Assembly: GCA_030674455.1 (NCBI GenBank)
Contig: JAUSGQ010000065.1
Location: forward strand, 1 to 63,510
Direction: 5' to 3'
Origin: a bacterium
Lineage (GTDB): Bacteria > Patescibacteriota > Minisyncoccia > Phycocordibacterales > UBA2100
Length of the DNA: 63,510 nucleotides
Under the pieces are notes generated by a model. The model searched no databases and had not been told where the DNA came from. It saw only the letters and a program-made list of their open reading frames with translations. Position numbers and translations under genes: made by a program. Of the stretch, positions 44,289 through 52,776 are shown one piece after another (position 1 is the stretch's first letter; each line of letters begins with the position of its first letter).

Positions 44289-46515
44289 CGTGAACAAGAA
44301 TGTGGGCAATCGTTCCATCACGGCTCACCGCTTTTATTGTGTAGTCAATCGCCTCTCTCGGAGAGAACATAATTCTATTTCCGTCTCCTAAGAATTCACC
44401 GTTTGCATACCACTCAACATTTTCGGGCGAGACGAGGGGAATCTGCGTTCGCGACTCCAGAAGATACGTGTCGCCATCTTGCGGAGACATAATGAGCGAT
44501 TCGTCGGGCAGGAGGTTGCGATGTTCCGCTATCACATCTCCGCGGAGCCCGAAATCAATACTGTCATTTACCGAAACGTCTTGCACGAGAGAAAAATCGA
44601 GCGGTGTTTTCTTGTTGTAGTCCGAATTCATGAGCAACTGCATCGCGTCGTGCCAGATTGCGCCTGCTCCCGATTGGCCTGTGACGTGGCGCAGGGGAGT
44701 GTTGTCTGGATTTCCATACCACACGACGACGAGAAAATCAGGCGTGTAGCCGACTGTCCAGCTATCGTGGTAATCCTGCGACGTGCCCGTCTTCACGGCG
44801 TAATTGGATTGCGACAAATTCAGACTGCTCGCAAGCCCGAACTGCTGAACCCCGGTGATGCGGTCATTCAATACTTTTGTCACGAGTTCCGCGAGCGCGG
44901 GCTCGGCCACTTTCTTATCGCCCGTGAACGGCGACATCGGCGCAGCAATCATCGGCGTGGTGGTGCCGCTTAAGTACAGGCGCAGAGGTTTGAGCACGCC
45001 TTCGCCGGGAAAGAGGCTCAAATAGTGCGCGAGCGTGAGCGGGTCCATCTCGAGCGCTCCCAATGCGATGCCGTATTGATACGTGTCGAGGTCTTGCAGG
45101 GGCTTGAAGCCCAGCGTGTGTTCGAGAAAATCATAAAAATTAGTGAGCCCGATAAATTGCAATACTTTGACAGTCGGTACATTGAGGCTATTCGAAAGCG
45201 CGCTGTGCAGAGTAATCCATCCGCGGTATTGGCCGTCATAATTTTTCGGATACAGCGGGAACCCGCTGCCGATACCAAATTTGTATTCGCGGTCGTTTAC
45301 GAGGGTGTAGGGGCGCAGGCCTTTTTCAAATCCCTCCAGATAGATAAATGGTTTCGCCGTCGAGCCTATGGCTCGCGGCTGAAGCGCCATATTTATTTGA
45401 TGGCCGGACTCATAACCTTTTGTATCCGGCGTGCCGACGATAGAAAGAACCTCATTTTCAGGAAGCTTCAAAACCACAATCGCGCCGCTTCGCGCACCCG
45501 CGTCCCAGCCACGCTCCACATGTCTCTTTAGTATGTTCCTCAGCTTATCCGTCAAGTCTGCGTCAAGCGTTGTCCTGCATGTCACTGCGCACTTCACTCC
45601 CATCGAAGAAAGCTCGAAATCTTTAACGGGCGCGTAGTCATGCTCTTTTGTTATGTGCGCCAAGCTCGGATCGAATTCCACACCAACGCGAAGCGCGAGA
45701 TTACGCGACGCGCGTGCATTTTCTTCACGCCACGGGTTTTGGATGCTGGGGCTTGAGAGCGTCGCGAGTAGCATGGAAAGCTTTGTGTCATCAAGCTCCG
45801 CGAGCGGCTTTCCGAAATATAATTCGCTCGCCTCGCCGAGTCCCTGCACCTGATTGCCCATGTAAACGGTATTTCCGTACATCGTCACTATCTGCGTTTT
45901 TGTATTAAATAATTCGAGAGCGAGCGCGTAGAACATTTCCAAAATCTTGTTGCTAATCGACCGCTCCTGCTCATGCCAGAGCAGGTTTTTCACCAATTGC
46001 TGGGTGATGGTACTCGCGCCTCCAATTGCATCGCCAGTGACGTATCGAAACGTCGACCGCGCGGTACTCAAAGGATTAATCCCCGGATGATAGTAAAAGA
46101 ATTGGTCCTCCTTTTTGATGAGCAGTTCCAACACGCGCGGGGGGAAAACTTCTGCGTATCGCCCGTAAGCGTCTTTTGCATTCGGAAAGAGAGTTAGTAA
46201 TTGCCCGTTTCTGTCTTGGATTGCCACGGATTCAAGGTTCCTATAATTAGAAATGAGGCGTTGATTAGCGGCACTAAATAGTAGGAAAATGGCGATAATT
46301 GCAACCGCCACAAGTGAAAGAAATCGTTTGCGCCTCCGGTTGTCGCGCATCAATGCGGAGAACCTGTTTTTAATATCATTCAAGGAATGAAGATATCGTT
46401 TCGCTACTGTTTTCACCCATGAAGTATAGCGCCCATTTTCTTCCGCTGTTCTGGCATTGCGCGGGCTTTTTTGCTTGACGTGGAAATGCGGTCTGATACT
46501 ATTGTTCGACTGCAT
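44272..46515 (-). CDS. pbpC: penicillin-binding protein 1C-type bifunctional transglycosylase/transpeptidase
   Basis: GT51 motifs EDQFFYYHPGINP and GASTITQQLVKNL. Transpeptidase motifs STAKPF, SNS and KTGTS. A C-terminal beta domain is present. Confidence 0.9.
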   Translation of the reverse strand: MQSNNSIRPHFHVKQKSPRNARTAEENGRYTSWVKTVAKRYLHSLNDIKNRFSALMRDNRRRKRFLSLVAVAIIAIFLLFSAANQRLISNYRNLESVAIQDRNGQLLTLFPNAKDAYGRYAEVFPPRVLELLIKKEDQFFYYHPGINPLSTARSTFRYVTGDAIGGASTITQQLVKNLLWHEQERSISNKILEMFYALALELFNTKTQIVTMYGNTVYMGNQVQGLGEASELYFGKPLAELDDTKLSMLLATLSSPSIQNPWREENARASRNLALRVGVEFDPSLAHITKEHDYAPVKDFELSSMGVKCAVTCRTTLDADLTDKLRNILKRHVERGWDAGARSGAIVVLKLPENEVLSIVGTPDTKGYESGHQINMALQPRAIGSTAKPFIYLEGFEKGLRPYTLVNDREYKFGIGSGFPLYPKNYDGQYRGWITLHSALSNSLNVPTVKVLQFIGLTNFYDFLEHTLGFKPLQDLDTYQYGIALGALEMDPLTLAHYLSLFPGEGVLKPLRLYLSGTTTPMIAAPMSPFTGDKKVAEPALAELVTKVLNDRITGVQQFGLASSLNLSQSNYAVKTGTSQDYHDSWTVGYTPDFLVVVWYGNPDNTPLRHVTGQSGAGAIWHDAMQLLMNSDYNKKTPLDFSLVQDVSVNDSIDFGLRGDVIAEHRNLLPDESLIMSPQDGDTYLLESRTQIPLVSPENVEWYANGEFLGDGNRIMFSPREAIDYTIKAVSRDGTIAHILVHVTAGQ

Positions 46516-46671
46516 TCATGCGCCTTCCTGCCTGTGCGTGTGCGCCTGACTGCGAGCGTGTCCGCTCAGGCAGGCACGCAGACAGGTTGTATTGTCGGCG
46601 TTTTGACGTGTTAGTTAGTTTGCAAGTTAAAAATTATTAGTATTAATTATTAGTCAGTAAATAAAAATAAT

Positions 46672-47868
46672 ATGGCAGAATTTAATCGAACAAAGCCGCA
46701 CGTAAACGTCGGCACAATCGGTCACGTCGACCACGGAAAGACCACTTTGACTGCGGCGATTTTGCACGTCCTCTCGAAGGCGGGCAATGGATACTCGGCG
46801 ACCGTCAAAGGTGTTGACGACATCGACAAGGCGCCTGAAGAGAAAGCGCGAGGCATTACTATCTCGCTCTCTCACTCCGAATACGAGACACCAACTCGCC
46901 ACTACGCGCACGTGGACGCTCCCGGCCACGCCGACTATATAAAGAACATGATTACCGGCGCCGCACAGATGGACGGCGCGATTTTGGTTGTTGCCGCGTC
47001 CGACGGCGTGATGCCGCAGACTCGCGAGCACATCTTGCTCGCCCGTCAAGTCGGCGTGCCGAAGGTCATCGTGTTCCTCAACAAAGTCGACCAAGTTGAC
47101 GACAAAGACCTCGTTGACCTCGTCGAGGAAGAGGTGCGAGAGCTTCTCACTAAATACGAATTTGACGGCAAGAACACCCCTGTTATCCGCGGTTCAGGCC
47201 TTAAGGCGCTTGAAACTCCGGAGCCGGGCAACGAGTGGTCGGGCAAGGTGATGGAACTCATCAAGGCGCTCGACGAGTTTATTCCGATACCGAAGCGCGA
47301 AATCGACAAGCCGTTTTTGATGCCAATCGAAGACGTGTTCTCAATTGAAGGACGCGGCACTGTAGTCACCGGCCGTATTGAACGCGGAGCCATAAAGGTT
47401 GGCGCGGAAGTTGAGATCGTCGGCATCGTCGACACCACGAAGACGATTGTCACCGGAATTGAAATGTTCAACAAATCGCTCCAGGAAGGGCAGGCAGGCG
47501 ACAACGCCGGAGTACTTTTGCGCGGAACGAAGAAAGACGACGTGCACCGCGGCCAAGTTCTTGGCGCGCCGGGTACAGTGAAGCCGCACACAGAATTTGA
47601 GTCGGAAGTTTACATCTTGACCAAAGAGGAAGGAGGCCGTCACACGCCGTTCTTCACCGGATACAAGCCGCAGTTCTACATGAGAACGACAGACGTTACC
47701 GGCGAAGTGACGCTTAAGGAAGGCGTTGAAATGGTTATGCCTGGCGACACCGTTACATTCAAAGTGAAACTCGTGGGCCCGATCGCAATCGAGGAACAAC
47801 AGCGCTTCGCGATTCGTGAGGGAGGTAAAACAGTTGGCGCTGGTGTAGTGACTAAGGTTGTAGCTTAA
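46672..47868 (+). CDS. tuf: elongation factor Tu
   Basis: [18 protein letters not shown] and NKVD, with a full-length match to the EF-Tu pattern. Confidence 0.98.
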   Translation: MAEFNRTKPHVNVGTIGHVDHGKTTLTAAILHVLSKAGNGYSATVKGVDDIDKAPEEKARGITISLSHSEYETPTRHYAHVDAPGHADYIKNMITGAAQMDGAILVVAASDGVMPQTREHILLARQVGVPKVIVFLNKVDQVDDKDLVDLVEEEVRELLTKYEFDGKNTPVIRGSGLKALETPEPGNEWSGKVMELIKALDEFIPIPKREIDKPFLMPIEDVFSIEGRGTVVTGRIERGAIKVGAEVEIVGIVDTTKTIVTGIEMFNKSLQEGQAGDNAGVLLRGTKKDDVHRGQVLGAPGTVKPHTEFESEVYILTKEEGGRHTPFFTGYKPQFYMRTTDVTGEVTLKEGVEMVMPGDTVTFKVKLVGPIAIEEQQRFAIREGGKTVGAGVVTKVVA

Positions 47869-47904
47869 CCTTCCGCGCCGCGCCCTCCGAAGCTTTAGCG
47901 AAGG

Positions 47905-47958
47905 AGGGAAGGAGGCAAGACGGTTGGAGCGGGGGTAGTTACCAAAGTAGTGGCATAG
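47905..47958 (+). pseudogene. relic tuf 3' end (17 codons plus stop)
   Basis: [17 protein letters not shown] repeats the tuf C-terminus. 15 of 18 codons differ and none changes the amino acid. Confidence 0.6.
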
Positions 47959-47962
47959 GAGC

Positions 47963-47990
47963 AGGTTATAGGGAATAGATTATAGGTGAT
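47963..47990. repeat. AGGTTNN heptad array, near-copy of 29079-29106
   Basis: AGGTTAT AGGGAAT AGATTAT AGGTGAT (25/28 identical). Confidence 0.85.
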
Positions 47991-47997
47991 AGAAAGA

Positions 47998-48025
47998 GAA
48001 AAACCCGCCTTAAGGCGGGTTTTTC
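47998..48025. terminator. 28-nt perfect palindrome with A/T runs
   Basis: GAAAAACCCGCCTT/AAGGCGGGTTTTTC. Confidence 0.75.
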
Positions 48026-48057
48026 TAGAGGTCTCTCCTCGAGAATTTTGCATTTGA

Positions 48058-48131
48058 GGTTCCCGAGGTGACTCCTTGGCATTTGCCTGCCTGCGCCGAG
48101 GCTTCTGCGGGCAGGCAAGGTGTCTCCTCGG
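48058..48131. repeat. structured element with arms GTTCCCGAGGTGACTCC / GGTGTCTCCTCGGGAAC
   Basis: It has an inner hairpin TTGCCTGCC...GGCAGGCAA. The same arm sequences occur at 60405-60494. Confidence 0.7.
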
Positions 48132-48200
48132 GAACGGGCCATTTCGTTGTTGCTTTTTTTGTTCCGATAGTGCATACTCTGCGGGTTCATTTCAATTCAT

Positions 48201-48647
48201 ATGCCGGACGCAACAGCAAAAAAACCTGCGCGCCGCGCGCCGCGCGCAAAGGCCGCAAGTAAAAAAGCGGCACCTGCCCCATCAGCGCAAGCCGCTTCCC
48301 CCTCTTCTCGCAAGACAGCACACTCTGGAAAAGCAGAGGCGCCCAGCCGCCTACGCATTCGCGTCCGCGCCTACGAGCACGGCATTTTGGATTCTTCGGT
48401 CAAACAAATTATAGACACAGCCGCTAGGTACAATGCCGAAATCGTCGGCCCCGTTCCGCTTCCGATAGACATAAAGAAATACACCGTGAACCGCGCCGCG
48501 TTTATCGATAAAGACTCGCGCGAGCAATTTGAGATGCGCATTCACAAAAGAATGATAGATATTTTGAATCCTGCACCGAAAGTAATCGAAGCCCTTTCAA
48601 ACATAGACCTTCCATCCGGCGTGAATATTGATGTCAAGATGATGTAA
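48201..48647 (+). CDS. rpsJ: 30S ribosomal protein S10 with a ~46-aa basic Ala/Lys/Pro-rich N-terminal extension
   Basis: The core LRIRVRAYEHGILDSSVKQIIDTA...GPVPLP...FEMRIHKRMIDI is preceded by MPDATAKKPARRAPRAKAASKKAAPAPS.... There is no alternative in-frame start. Confidence 0.9.
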   Translation: MPDATAKKPARRAPRAKAASKKAAPAPSAQAASPSSRKTAHSGKAEAPSRLRIRVRAYEHGILDSSVKQIIDTAARYNAEIVGPVPLPIDIKKYTVNRAAFIDKDSREQFEMRIHKRMIDILNPAPKVIEALSNIDLPSGVNIDVKMM

Positions 48648-48659
48648 GGGGTACTCAAA

Positions 48660-48746
48660 GACCCGCTTGTTTTTGACGGAGCCCAAACCCGTACCGTCTA
48701 CAGGTACACATCCCTACCCGATGTGCCCGTCAAAAACAAGCGGGTC
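48660..48746. repeat. 20-bp perfect inverted repeat enclosing a 47-nt loop with an inner hairpin
   Basis: GACCCGCTTGTTTTTGACGG (48660-48679) pairs with CCGTCAAAAACAAGCGGGTC (48727-48746). Inner stem GTACC...GGTAC. Confidence 0.8.
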
Positions 48747-48772
48747 ATTTCGCTTAGGTTGAGAAGAGAAAC

Positions 48773-48814
48773 GTATTGCTTTAGCAAATGCGGCCGCATT
48801 TGCTAAAGCAATAC
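48773..48814. repeat. 42-nt perfect palindrome with AAATGCGGCCGCATTT core
   Basis: GTATTGCTTTAGCAAATGCGG/CCGCATTTGCTAAAGCAATAC. Confidence 0.85.
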
Positions 48815-48898
48815 TCTAATACCTGCACGATGACATATCTCATGAGCGGGTGATGTAGGGGAAAGATACGGGCGCCCATTCTTTTTACGATTCTTCAG

Positions 48899-49528
48899 CT
48901 ACGAAATGCTGTACTCCTCAAGCGCGCGTTTTATTTTCTCGTCAGGCACTTCGAACCCCGGTTTGAACACGACTGGTTCGGCATAATTGATGTCGTCAAA
49001 ATATGAGAGCTGCTCGCGCAACAATCGCGAATTGAATTCGTTCCCGAACAACTTTTCCGTATGCCAGACGATTTCCGCAAGCGTGTGATATTCGCGCAGA
49101 ATGAAATACATGTCTACATAATCCTTCCATTTTGCTCGCTGGCCGAGCGCGAATGCTTTCATCGCGGCGAGCGTCAGAAGCGACGGCATTGCGATGTACG
49201 AGCCGAAGCGCTCCGTGTACGGTATCCGATACTCGAAGTGATAGAACGTAACCTGTACGCCGCGCGCCTTGAACGTGAACTCGCTACCTTTTTCACGTAT
49301 GACCGTATCTATAAACGCGTGCCGTTTGAATCGCCGTTTAAGTGTTGGAATATCGAAATCGTAATCGGGTTTCTTCGTGAACAGGTCAAAATCGATTGAT
49401 TCCCGATGCCCGATATGCAGGGCCACCGCAGTTCCGCCGACCAAGCCAAAATCTTTCGAGAACGGCTTTACCGCCGACAGAAGCTCTGTCTGTCCCTGCA
49501 CGAGAATTTCTTTATGCCATTTTGACAT
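48899..49528 (-). CDS. nucleotidyltransferase AbiEii/AbiGii-type toxin family protein
   Basis: FGLVGGTAVALHIGHRESIDFDLF and a DUF1814-like layout. ATG at 49528. Confidence 0.8.
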   Translation of the reverse strand: MSKWHKEILVQGQTELLSAVKPFSKDFGLVGGTAVALHIGHRESIDFDLFTKKPDYDFDIPTLKRRFKRHAFIDTVIREKGSEFTFKARGVQVTFYHFEYRIPYTERFGSYIAMPSLLTLAAMKAFALGQRAKWKDYVDMYFILREYHTLAEIVWHTEKLFGNEFNSRLLREQLSYFDDINYAEPVVFKPGFEVPDEKIKRALEEYSIS

Positions 49529-49790
49529 GTTTGTTGAAGTAGAGAGCAAAGTAATGGGCGGTTTCCGGATAATAATTGCCCCGCTGTCTTCCCGTAATCA
49601 TTTGCTTGCGGAATATCCGCGCGACTTTCTCCATGCCGAGGATTTTGATAAGCTCCTGCACGTCGTTCCAATTTCCGTAGTTGAGCGTGTGTTCCACAAT
49701 CGATTCCTCATTGAGCGCGCGGTAGTCCTTGACGTACCAGATAAGGTGCTTGCGTTTTGTTATGAAAGCGTAAAGTTCGTCGCTTAACAC
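49512..49790 (-). CDS. small protein upstream of and overlapping the AbiEii-like gene (candidate antitoxin)
   Basis: GTG start, 92 aa, and a 17-nt overlap with the toxin start. It does not look like a full-length AbiEi. Confidence 0.5.
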   Translation of the reverse strand: MLSDELYAFITKRKHLIWYVKDYRALNEESIVEHTLNYGNWNDVQELIKILGMEKVARIFRKQMITGRQRGNYYPETAHYFALYFNKHVKMA

Positions 49791-49891
49791 ATTTATATTA
49801 TACCACGTTTTCGGCTCTTGCGGCTAACCCCCGAGAAGTTTTTGGACTATATCGGAGGCCACATTGGTGTTTTTTATTATCACTATCAGAC

Positions 49892-49931
49892 TGTGGACAA
49901 CGCCGACCATGGCGATTGCGGGTGTATAATT
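49892..49931 (+). promoter_or_regulatory. cassette promoter module copy 1
   Basis: TGTGGACAACGCCGACCatGGCGATTGCgGGTGTATAATT. TATAAT at 49925-49930 lies 7 nt before the ATG at 49938. Confidence 0.6.
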
Positions 49932-49937
49932 GATGCG

Positions 49938-50447
49938 ATGGATTTAAAGAAAAGTTTTATAGTGTTATCGGCAATCCTCGTTCTGCTGGCCATTCTTGTC
50001 GCCGGAGCATTTCTAATGCAACGAACACAGCAGCAGCCACAGAACATCAATTTCGTGGGTACAGTTACGGACAAGAAAGAAAACGCAATAACCGTGGACC
50101 GTTTAGAGATTGCGGATAACGATTTGAAAAAAACTACAATTGTTCCGCAGACCGTTGAAATCACAGAAACAACAAAGTTTGTTCAGCGTGTCTTAAAAGA
50201 CAAAGAGCAGGTGAGACGTGAATTTGCGTCTAGTACGCCAAGCTCTCGCGCAAGCAATCCCATTTCTTTTTTTACGGAGAAGCCTTCCACTTTTGACAGT
50301 GTCGCGATTGGTGCAAAAGTTGCGGTAACAGCCAGTGAAAATGCTTTTGGGAGCACTCCTTCCGCTCTTGAAGTAAAAGTTCTGCCGGAGGAATTTAGTG
50401 TTACTGACCCGCTCGGGATTCCGCGCGCAGCACAATCAGAGAGATAA
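49938..50447 (+). CDS. hypothetical membrane-anchored protein
   Basis: MDLKKSFIVLSAILVLLAILVAGAFLM signal/anchor. Start chosen directly after the promoter module. Confidence 0.5.
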   Translation: MDLKKSFIVLSAILVLLAILVAGAFLMQRTQQQPQNINFVGTVTDKKENAITVDRLEIADNDLKKTTIVPQTVEITETTKFVQRVLKDKEQVRREFASSTPSSRASNPISFFTEKPSTFDSVAIGAKVAVTASENAFGSTPSALEVKVLPEEFSVTDPLGIPRAAQSER

Positions 50448-50448
50448 C

Positions 50449-51198
50449 ATGAAAAAATACTATTTCCTATTGCTGATTGCTTTTGCCTTTCTTCCGCTTT
50501 TCAGCGAAGCGGAAAATTACCCCTACACAGCGCCGGGTACATACACTTTCACTGTTCCCGCAGGCGTTTCAACTGTTACAGCTACGATTGCCGGTGCCGG
50601 CGGCGGCGGAGGAGGGGCAACTATGTCGGGTGACTATTGGACCGGCGGCGGCGGAGGCTCCGGCGGATACGTTACACAGGACATCTCTGTTACTGCGGGA
50701 CAACAACTTACTATCGTTGTAGGGGCTGGCGGCTGTGCAGGCCGTTACTATTATTTTGGTACAGACCGATGGGCCGAAACCGGAGTTGATTGGACATCTG
50801 CCACATATCATGGATGCCCTGCCGGACAGTATTCAGGCGGAAACGGCGGTGCTAGCTCGGTAGGTTCTGTTAGTGCAGCCGGCGGACACGGCGGAGATGT
50901 TGGCCTTGAGGAATGGGGACTTGATCATAATGACGGTGCCGGAGGTTCGCCAAGCGGAGTTGCCGGTACTCCAGGAGTGGTGTATCAGCCCGCGCCGTAC
51001 TCAAGTGAGTTGTGGTATCGCTATTGTGACGAAGTCCCCGATGGAAAAGGTCCTGGCGGCTACAACGGGTTGGGAGGTACTGGCGGCGACGGCATGGGAT
51101 GCAGCAATGGCACTGCGCAATATGGACAGAATGGCTCTGTCAATCTGACTTGGACAGCAGATATTCCAACGCCTACGGTGACGCTGCAGTTCCAATAG
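50449..51198 (+). CDS. secreted glycine-rich protein
   Basis: Signal peptide MKKYYFLLLIAFAFLPLFSEA, then YTFTVPAGVSTVTATIAGAGGGGGGA...GGGGGSGGYV...LTIVVGAGG. Confidence 0.65.
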   Translation: MKKYYFLLLIAFAFLPLFSEAENYPYTAPGTYTFTVPAGVSTVTATIAGAGGGGGGATMSGDYWTGGGGGSGGYVTQDISVTAGQQLTIVVGAGGCAGRYYYFGTDRWAETGVDWTSATYHGCPAGQYSGGNGGASSVGSVSAAGGHGGDVGLEEWGLDHNDGAGGSPSGVAGTPGVVYQPAPYSSELWYRYCDEVPDGKGPGGYNGLGGTGGDGMGCSNGTAQYGQNGSVNLTWTADIPTPTVTLQFQ

Positions 51199-51354
51199 AG
51201 ATGTTCAGATGCGAGACAAAATCCGCTGGGTAAACCTGCGGATTTTGTGATGTATGCACGGGTGTATTTAGTGTTCCTTATTACTCACGGTCGTGAGGAA
51301 TAAGGAACAGCAGAGAGACATACACTAACTGTGCGCGGGCGCGCACAGTTAGTG
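51178..51354 (+). repeat. cassette terminator module copy 1 (three hairpins)
   Basis: Includes the last codons of the gene. The 93-nt block 51262-51354 is identical to 52835-52927. Confidence 0.9.
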
Positions 51355-51428
51355 GGTGGTAGTTGGTGAAAAAATGAGCGAATGTTGCGTCATTTGTCAG
51401 CCGAAGGAAGCCGAATTCGCGACCCGTA

Positions 51429-51468
51429 TGTGGACAACGCCGACCTCGGCGATTGCTGGTGTATAATT
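51429..51468 (+). promoter_or_regulatory. cassette promoter module copy 2
   Basis: 37/40 identical to 49892-49931. TATAAT at 51462-51467 lies 7 nt before the ATG at 51475. Confidence 0.6.
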
Positions 51469-51474
51469 AGGGGG

Positions 51475-52098
51475 ATGAATTTAGATTCCAGGAAAATTGC
51501 CGCAGCATTGTCATTCGCTCTTGCAATGCCGTTGATTGCTTTTGCGCAAGGAAGTGCGTCGGCTCCAACCGCCGATAGTCAGGCACCTCAAACAAGCGAT
51601 ATCTTTTCCTTCGTTCTCGACAAAGGTATCTACACATGGGGGGACCCGATAACAATCATTCTTTCTCTTTCACCCGAAGGTGAACAGGCGGAAAAAAAGA
51701 GCGCTCTTCTTTTTGACGCTGACATCAAAAACACAGCCGGAGTAGCGTGCGCTGTAATTACGAAAGACCATCCGGTCCGTAGCGAAGCCCCTGTTCTCCA
51801 GCCATTTCCCACGGAGAAGGATTCATATAAATTTGTGTTACCGAATAGAAAAGGATGCGCGGGGCCATCGACGGTTAACATTGCGCTAAAAACGCAAGAC
51901 AATTCGCAAGTCGCTATTACGAGCGTTCCCGTATCAATGCTAGAGTCGGCGACAGCGCCGACGGTATGGACGGATAAACCGTTGATACAGCAAAAAGATA
52001 CAACAAGCTCTATCCCGATAATTCCGACTGCCATACTCCTGTTCGCTGCACTTTGCGTAGCCGGGTATGTTGCGTGGCGGAAAAAGAGATATCAGTAA
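51475..52098 (+). CDS. hypothetical secreted protein with C-terminal TM anchor
   Basis: Signal peptide MNLDSRKIAAALSFALAMPLIAFA and C-terminal IIPTAILLFAALCVAGYVAWRKKRYQ. Confidence 0.55.
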   Translation: MNLDSRKIAAALSFALAMPLIAFAQGSASAPTADSQAPQTSDIFSFVLDKGIYTWGDPITIILSLSPEGEQAEKKSALLFDADIKNTAGVACAVITKDHPVRSEAPVLQPFPTEKDSYKFVLPNRKGCAGPSTVNIALKTQDNSQVAITSVPVSMLESATAPTVWTDKPLIQQKDTTSSIPIIPTAILLFAALCVAGYVAWRKKRYQ

Positions 52099-52134
52099 AC
52101 TAGAAGTCAGGAATTCACAAAATAAACTCTCATT

Positions 52135-52776
52135 ATGTTCACAGAAAATCGTTCATCGCTTAACGACCGGAAGCTATCCATAGCGTTGATTCTCTTTTCA
52201 TCAGCAATCCTTTTAGCGTGGGGATTCGCAAGCGCGGCATCTCGAACTTGGACATATGGCGACTGGACACGAGATTGTCAGGTAGTAACAAAAGGTGTTG
52301 ACGGGCTATATTACGATTCTGAAGGCGCGGTGGTAACTATAGGCAATGGGTGGACGGTATCAGAACCATTCACGGATGAAAACGGTACGACTTACACCAT
52401 CTGCGGACCTGAATATTACATAACTAGTGCAACATTCAATGCCTCCACCGACAAGGATACGTACACTCCAGGCGAGACAGTTACAGTTTCCGTCAGTGCA
52501 GATAATGGATGGTATGGTAGCGGGGGCACAGCTGTAGGGGTAGCAGCTGCCTTCGGAGGAACACAAGTTGCCCAGTGTTCTTTGACTAATGTCTGTAGCG
52601 CCTCGGGGTCTTTTACCGCCCCAGCAGCGAATGGTACTTACACCATTCAACTGAGTGGATGCACTGTCACCTCTGAATATTGTGCCAATTCCACTATGGC
52701 TATAACAGTCGAGTCGCCTCCGCCATCTCCGCCAGAATCGGGGGGGACGCCTTCGGTGACGCTTCGATTCGAATAG
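52135..52776 (+). CDS. hypothetical secreted protein
   Basis: N-terminal anchor/signal LSIALILFSSAILLAWGFASA. The C-terminus SVTLRFE parallels TVTLQFQ of the 50449 gene. Confidence 0.55.
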   Translation: MFTENRSSLNDRKLSIALILFSSAILLAWGFASAASRTWTYGDWTRDCQVVTKGVDGLYYDSEGAVVTIGNGWTVSEPFTDENGTTYTICGPEYYITSATFNASTDKDTYTPGETVTVSVSADNGWYGSGGTAVGVAAAFGGTQVAQCSLTNVCSASGSFTAPAANGTYTIQLSGCTVTSEYCANSTMAITVESPPPSPPESGGTPSVTLRFE

